A DNA stretch of 64,000 nucleotides from Candidatus Parcubacteria bacterium (GTDB lineage: Bacteria > Patescibacteriota > Minisyncoccia > UBA6257 > HR35). Shown here one piece after another: positions 59,264 through 64,000 of the stretch (position 1 is the stretch's first letter; every line of letters starts with the position of its first letter). Location of the stretch: NCBI GenBank assembly GCA_025999335.1, contig AP024681.1, positions 78,642-142,641 of the forward strand, in the 5' to 3' direction. The position numbers and the translations under genes were made by a program. The notes under the pieces were generated by a model, which worked only from the letters and a program-made list of their open reading frames with translations, did no database searches and had not been told where the DNA came from.

Positions 59264-61057
59264 ATGAAATTAAAATTAAAATATAAATTCTTTCTATCAT
59301 TAATTGTTACAGGAATAATCCCCATTATAATTTTGGGTACAATTGGATTTTTTTTAGCATTTAACTTTGCTAAAAATACAATCATAGATTTAGAAAACAA
59401 TCTTATTAATCAAAAAATTAATGAAATCAATAATTTCTTTAAGCAAAATTTAGAAATTTTAGAAATTATCATCGCCGTTGATGCCAATGAAACTGTTTAT
59501 TTTACAAATCCTGATGACTATTATTTAACTTACGATTTGAACAGAGAAAAATTTATACTTCTCCAAACATTAGAACAAACACCTGCTATTTTAGAAATAT
59601 CATTTTTAGATTTAAACGGTTATGAACGTATAAAATATTACAAACATAATAATACAATAACTAGTGCCGATCAAGTAACCAAAATTAATCCTAAAGCTTA
59701 TTTTTTCGATTTAGCAAAAAATGGGAAAAAATTTACAAGCGAAGTTTTTTCATCTCTTAACGGTCCTTTTATAATCGTCGCTAATCCTCTAAAAAGCAAA
59801 GATAATAAAGTTATCGCTATCTTAAAAACTAAATTATCTTTAAATCAATTAAACACAATTATCGGCAATAGCAGTTTAGGTTCTTTGGGTTATGTTTATC
59901 TAGTTGATAAAAATGGCTATATTCTTTATAGTAGCAACAATCAATTACCACAACAAATCAATTGGAAAATTAATAATTTTGAACAATTTATTAAAAATAA
60001 AATTCAAAACTTAACTAAATACAAAAATTTTAATAATAAACCAGTTTATGGTTTAGCTCAATCTTTATATCCCTATGGAATGTATTTAATTGTTGAATGG
60101 CCCACGCAAGAAGCTAATGAAATTATTTATAAACAAATAACTTTAATTATCTTTTCTATTTTAACTGTTGTTATTCTAACTATTATTCTTAGTTTTATCC
60201 TAGCGCAAATCATTATAAAACCAATAGACATTTTAAAAGCTGGTGCAAAAAAAGTTAGCGAAGGCAAATTAGAAAAAATAGCTGACATTAAAACAAATGA
60301 TGAATTGGAAGATTTAATCAAGGAATTTAATTTTATGATTGATGGCTTAATCCAATTTAAAAAATTAAAAGATGAATTTGTTTTTATGACGGCTCATGAA
60401 TTAAAAGCGCCAATGGCGGCAATGAAAGGTTATTTAACGCTTTTAATAGATGGCACTGTTGGAACATTAGATAAAATTGCTCAAGAATTTATTATTAAAA
60501 TAAAAAATGCTAACGAAAGATTAATTCAATTAGTCAATGATTTGCTTCATATAGCTAAAAATGAAGCGGAAACAATTTCTATAAACATTCAGCCTGTAAA
60601 CATCAGCGAAGCTATTTTACCTATTATTAATGAATTTAAAATTGATTATCAAAAAAAGAATATAACCCTTGATTATCAAATAAGCGAAACTCTTCCTAAA
60701 ATTAACGCTAATCTTGATAAATTAAAAGAAATATTCGCAAACTTGATTTCTAATGCTATTAAATACAATATCGAAAATGGCAAAATTATTATTTATCACA
60801 AAACTGAAGGAGATTATTTATTAACCATTGTTCAAGACACAGGCTTAGGAATACCTAAAAATCAGCAAGAAAAAATATTTCAAAAATTTTTCCGGGTTCA
60901 ATCAAAAATTACTGAAAATATACCTGGCACAGGATTAGGATTGTTTATTGTTAAAGAATTAGTAGAAAAGATGAACGGTAAAATTTGGTTTGAATCTGAA
61001 GAAGGTAAAGGGACAACTTTTTTCCTAGCTTTTAAAATAGCTAACAACAATAAATAA
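59264..61057 (+). CDS. Sensor histidine kinase (extracellular Cache-like sensor, HAMP, HisKA, HATPase_c)
   Basis: 597 aa; two TM helices flanking about 250-aa periplasmic domain; H-box FMTAHELKAPM; G-box GTGLGLFIVKELVEKMNGKIWFESEEGKGTTF. Confidence 0.8.
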   Translation: MKLKLKYKFFLSLIVTGIIPIIILGTIGFFLAFNFAKNTIIDLENNLINQKINEINNFFKQNLEILEIIIAVDANETVYFTNPDDYYLTYDLNREKFILLQTLEQTPAILEISFLDLNGYERIKYYKHNNTITSADQVTKINPKAYFFDLAKNGKKFTSEVFSSLNGPFIIVANPLKSKDNKVIAILKTKLSLNQLNTIIGNSSLGSLGYVYLVDKNGYILYSSNNQLPQQINWKINNFEQFIKNKIQNLTKYKNFNNKPVYGLAQSLYPYGMYLIVEWPTQEANEIIYKQITLIIFSILTVVILTIILSFILAQIIIKPIDILKAGAKKVSEGKLEKIADIKTNDELEDLIKEFNFMIDGLIQFKKLKDEFVFMTAHELKAPMAAMKGYLTLLIDGTVGTLDKIAQEFIIKIKNANERLIQLVNDLLHIAKNEAETISINIQPVNISEAILPIINEFKIDYQKKNITLDYQISETLPKINANLDKLKEIFANLISNAIKYNIENGKIIIYHKTEGDYLLTIVQDTGLGIPKNQQEKIFQKFFRVQSKITENIPGTGLGLFIVKELVEKMNGKIWFESEEGKGTTFFLAFKIANNNK

Positions 61058-61084
61058 ATAAATTTTTCAGTTAAAATAGATTCT

Positions 61085-62107
61085 ATGAAAATTACTGTTC
61101 TTCTTTCAGGAGGCGTTGATTCGTCAACAAGTGCTTTAATTTTAAAAGAAAAAGGGTTTAAGATAACAGGCATATATTTAAATTGCTATAAATTTTGCAA
61201 TCCCCAAGATGCTGAAGACGCAAGAAAAATAGCCAACATTTTAAACATTCCCTTTTATGTTTTTGATTTGACTGAAGACTTTGAAGATAAAGTTATTAAT
61301 TATATGATAAGAACTTACAAACAAGGTTTAACTCCTAATCCTGATGTATATTGTAATCAATTTATAAAATTCGGCATTTTTTTTGATAAAGCTTTAAAGC
61401 TTGGCTTTGATAGTGTCGCTTCCGGACATTATGCAAGAAATATCGATAATTCTCTCTTAAAAGCTAAAGATGAAAATAAAGATCAAACTTATTTTCTTTG
61501 GTCAGTAGAAAAAGAAAAATTTAAAAAGATAATTTTCCCCATTGGTGATTTATTTAAACCAGAGGTTCGGCAAATTGCTAAAGCAAATAATTTACCGGTT
61601 GCTGAAAAAAAAGAAAGTATGGGCATTTGTTTTATTGGAACAGTTAAATTAAAAGAATTTTTAAACCGCTATCTTCAACCTAAAGAAGGTAAAATTATTG
61701 ACACCGAAGGTAAAATTTTAGGCACGCATCCAGGATATTTTTATTTCACTGAAGGCCAAAGGCATGGATTGAATATTAAAACAGGCGGAGGTCCTTATTA
61801 TGTTGCCCAAAAAATTCCTGAAGAAAATTTAATTATTGTAGCCAAAGAAAATCATCCGCTTTTATATACTAAAAAAATTGAAGTTACTGAAATAAATATT
61901 TTAGAACCAGAAATTTTCAAAAAGGAAGAAATTATTGAAGCAAGATTCAGACATCGCCAGCCATTAGTTAAAGCCAAAGTTAATTTAAATGAAAAAACAG
62001 TTGAATTTTTAGAAGCGCAAAAAATGGTAGCTCCAGGCCAATCAATAGTTTTTTATCACAAAGATTATGTTTTAGGCGGAGGAGTTATTTTAAAGAAAAT
62101 TGAATAG
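61085..62107 (+). CDS. mnmA: tRNA-specific 2-thiouridylase MnmA
   Basis: 340 aa; PP-loop VLLSGGVDSS, catalytic Cys region MGICFIG. Confidence 0.85.
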   Translation: MKITVLLSGGVDSSTSALILKEKGFKITGIYLNCYKFCNPQDAEDARKIANILNIPFYVFDLTEDFEDKVINYMIRTYKQGLTPNPDVYCNQFIKFGIFFDKALKLGFDSVASGHYARNIDNSLLKAKDENKDQTYFLWSVEKEKFKKIIFPIGDLFKPEVRQIAKANNLPVAEKKESMGICFIGTVKLKEFLNRYLQPKEGKIIDTEGKILGTHPGYFYFTEGQRHGLNIKTGGGPYYVAQKIPEENLIIVAKENHPLLYTKKIEVTEINILEPEIFKKEEIIEARFRHRQPLVKAKVNLNEKTVEFLEAQKMVAPGQSIVFYHKDYVLGGGVILKKIE

Positions 62108-62917
62108 ATTTTCCTGGTAATAAATAATCTTTTTCTTAATTTCTTCTATGACTGGTTCTAAAATTTTATAAGGAGTTACTGATTCTTTTTTAAGCTCTTC
62201 TTGAAGTTTTTCTTTCCAAATTTTTCGAAATTCAGTATTAAGATGAATTATTTTAAAACCGCAAGAGGCTGCTTTTTTTAAATTTTCTAAGCTTATTCCT
62301 GAACCACCATGCAAAACTAAAGGAATTTTAACTAACTCATAAATTTTTTTACCTCTTTCAAAGTCTAAAATTGGTTCTGTTGCGGTTATCCCGTGAACAT
62401 TGCCAATGGATACTGCTAATAAGTCAACTTTTGTCTCTTCAACAAATTTTAAAGCTTCTTCTGGTTTTGTTAAATATTCTTCTTTAATTTCTATTTCTTT
62501 TTGAATTTCTGATTTTCCTGGTAAGTAACCAACTTCACCTTCAATTAAAATATTTTTAGCTTCTCTAAAAGTTATTAATTCTTTAGTTATTTTTATGTTA
62601 TCATCAATAAAATATTCACTACCATCAAATAAAACAGCGTCGTAATTTAAATCAAGCGCTTTTTTAGCTGTTTCAAAACTTTTTGAATGGTCAGCGTTTA
62701 AAAAAACTGGCAAATCTTTTTTATAAAAATCAATAATCTCTTTAATTAAATCTTCACCTAAATAATTTCTTTCACCTTCAGAAACCCCAAAAATTAGCGG
62801 GAGTTTTGTTTCTTTTACGGCTAAAATGCCGGCTTTAATTTGTTCGAAAGTTGCTACATTATAATGCAACAATGCTTGATTTTCTTTTAATGAATATATT
62901 AACTCTTTTAAACCCAT
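62090..62917 (-). CDS. fba: Class II fructose-bisphosphate aldolase
   Basis: 275 aa; IPLVLHGGSGISLENLKKA and HLNTEF metal/phosphate-binding blocks. Confidence 0.75.
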   Translation of the reverse strand: MGLKELIYSLKENQALLHYNVATFEQIKAGILAVKETKLPLIFGVSEGERNYLGEDLIKEIIDFYKKDLPVFLNADHSKSFETAKKALDLNYDAVLFDGSEYFIDDNIKITKELITFREAKNILIEGEVGYLPGKSEIQKEIEIKEEYLTKPEEALKFVEETKVDLLAVSIGNVHGITATEPILDFERGKKIYELVKIPLVLHGGSGISLENLKKAASCGFKIIHLNTEFRKIWKEKLQEELKKESVTPYKILEPVIEEIKKKIIYYQENLFNFL

Positions 62918-62965
62918 TAGTTTCCAACTAAAATTAAAAATTAATAATTAAAACCATTAATTATG

Positions 62966-63036
62966 TGTCCCTAGGAGGAATCGAACCTCCATATCAGCCT
63001 CCGCAGGGCTGCGCTTTTCCTTTAAGCTATAGGGAC
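62966..63036 (-). tRNA. tRNA, anticodon read as GCG (Arg), 71 nt, no encoded CCA
   Basis: hand-folded cloverleaf: acceptor GTCCCTA/TAGGGAC, D-stem GCTT/AAGC, anticodon stem CAGCC/GGCTG with loop CTGCGGA, T-arm GGAGG-TTCGATT-CCTCC, discriminator A. Confidence 0.6.
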
Positions 63037-63325
63037 ATTAATAAAATAAATAATAGCTTACAATAAACCAATACATTAAATTAATATATCCTTTCCCTAA
63101 TTAACTTCAAATCTATTTTATCAAAAATTCTTGAAATTTACTAATTTACTTACCAATAATAGCTTAATAAAAACTAACTAACTTATGAACAAATTAATAA
63201 AATGCATAAAATAATCTTTATCTATATAACAAAAACGCTTTAGAGAATTTATTTTTTTATAAGTTAGTGTTAAAATTTCCTTAAACATAGTTTATCCTGT
63301 CGCAATTATAATCGTAATTATAATT

Positions 63326-63745
63326 ATGAAAATATATTTCGCTGGTTCAATACGCGGCGGTAGAAAACATCAAGCTATCTATCAACAACTAATTGCATAT
63401 CTTAGTAAATATGGTAAAGTTTTAAGCGAACATATAGGTAGTAAAAATTTAACTCAGTTTGGAGAAAAGTCTTTTTCTGATAAACGAATTTATAATCGTG
63501 ATATGTCCTGGCTTAAAGTCTCAGATGTTGTTATTGCTGAAGTTTCTACGCCATCTCTTGGTGTTGGCTATGAAATTGCAAAAGCGGAAAATATGAATAA
63601 AAAAATTTTATGTTTATATAGAAAACAACCTCGCAAAAGATTATCAGCAATGATTAATGGAAATCCCAATGTTAAAATTGCTGAATATAAAACATTTAAA
63701 GATGCTTTGCGCTATATCGATATTTTTTTTAAAGAATTAAAGTAA
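63326..63745 (+). CDS. 2'-deoxynucleoside 5'-phosphate N-hydrolase (DNPH1/Rcl-like, nucleoside 2-deoxyribosyltransferase fold)
   Basis: 139 aa; IYFAGSIRGGR...YGKVLSEHIG...DVVIAEVSTPSLGVGYEIAKA...KILCLYR...LSAMI closely parallels the DNPH1 sequence as remembered. Confidence 0.7.
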   Translation: MKIYFAGSIRGGRKHQAIYQQLIAYLSKYGKVLSEHIGSKNLTQFGEKSFSDKRIYNRDMSWLKVSDVVIAEVSTPSLGVGYEIAKAENMNKKILCLYRKQPRKRLSAMINGNPNVKIAEYKTFKDALRYIDIFFKELK

Positions 63746-63844
63746 TAAATTCTGCTTATTAATTTATTAGAATGTAAAATTAATATCAACTCAAAACTGA
63801 TTAGTAAATAATAAACTTAAAAACATTAAAGTATTTTATCCAAG

Positions 63845-63918
63845 TGGACTCGAGGGGATTCGAACCCCTGACCTCCGGTGTGCAAAACCGGTGCTCTAGC
63901 CAACTGAGCTACGAGCCC
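63845..63918 (-). tRNA. tRNA-Ala (anticodon TGC), 74 nt, no encoded CCA
   Basis: GGGCTCG acceptor with G3:U70, anticodon loop TTTGCAC, T-loop TTCGAAT, discriminator A. Confidence 0.8.
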
Positions 63919-63933
63919 TTCTTAAAAATAAAG

Positions 63934-64000
63934 CGCCCCCAACCGGAATCGAACCGGTATTTTCACCTTGAAAGAGTGATGTCCTAACCTTTAGACGATG
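63934..64000 (-). tRNA. tRNA-Glu (anticodon TTC), 5' end truncated by window edge
   Basis: D-arm TCGTCTAAAGGTTAGGACA typical of tRNA-Glu, anticodon loop CTTTCAA, T-arm ACCGG-TTCGATT-CCGGT, acceptor 3' half TGGGGGC, discriminator G. Confidence 0.6.

Noticed and set aside
51815-61173. ORFs 51815-52099, 52253-52444, 55323-55523, 57497-57763, 59203-59400, 60127-60321, 60898-61173
   Set aside because: All embedded in or antisense to ychF, dnaB, the secreted protein, the HK or the mnmA upstream region; no motifs.

Overview
This is a 64-kb window from a very AT-rich (roughly 28-30% GC), compact, gene-dense bacterial genome that uses TGA as a stop codon. Most genes lie on the minus strand. The content is mainly housekeeping: a complete F1Fo ATP synthase operon (atpBEFHAGDC), a split transketolase, an isoleucyl-tRNA synthetase, DnaB/RecR/GreA, the rpsF-ssb pair, IF-1, YchF, EF-P, Map, XseAB, Nth, a 3-methyladenine glycosylase, IlvA-RidA, and tRNA genes at the 3' end of the window. 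Several features are consistent with a Patescibacteria/CPR-like lineage, which is an inference only: the split transketolase, an archaeal-type bifunctional phosphoglucose/phosphomannose isomerase, DUF763, delta-60-repeat surface proteins, many fused genes and low-complexity insertions. Four things stand out. (1) At the 5' end there is a candidate minimal RiPP-like locus: a small ORF ending in ...STKCCASGTCD sits directly upstream of a stand-alone LanM-type dehydratase-domain (DUF4135-like) protein with no cyclase, convergent with a VKOR-like thiol oxidoreductase and followed by an HlyD/ABC/FtsX exporter. (2) There is an about 0.85-kb island of strikingly high GC (~60+%) encoding a multi-pass membrane protein. 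It has a strong Shine-Dalgarno site and a GC-rich hairpin terminator, and it is embedded in the ~28% GC background. (3) The IleRS carries a complete histidine-phosphatase (PGAM-like) domain inserted in its Zn-knuckle region. (4) TruB is fused to a C-terminal acylphosphatase domain. No CRISPR array, transposase or integrase was recognised.
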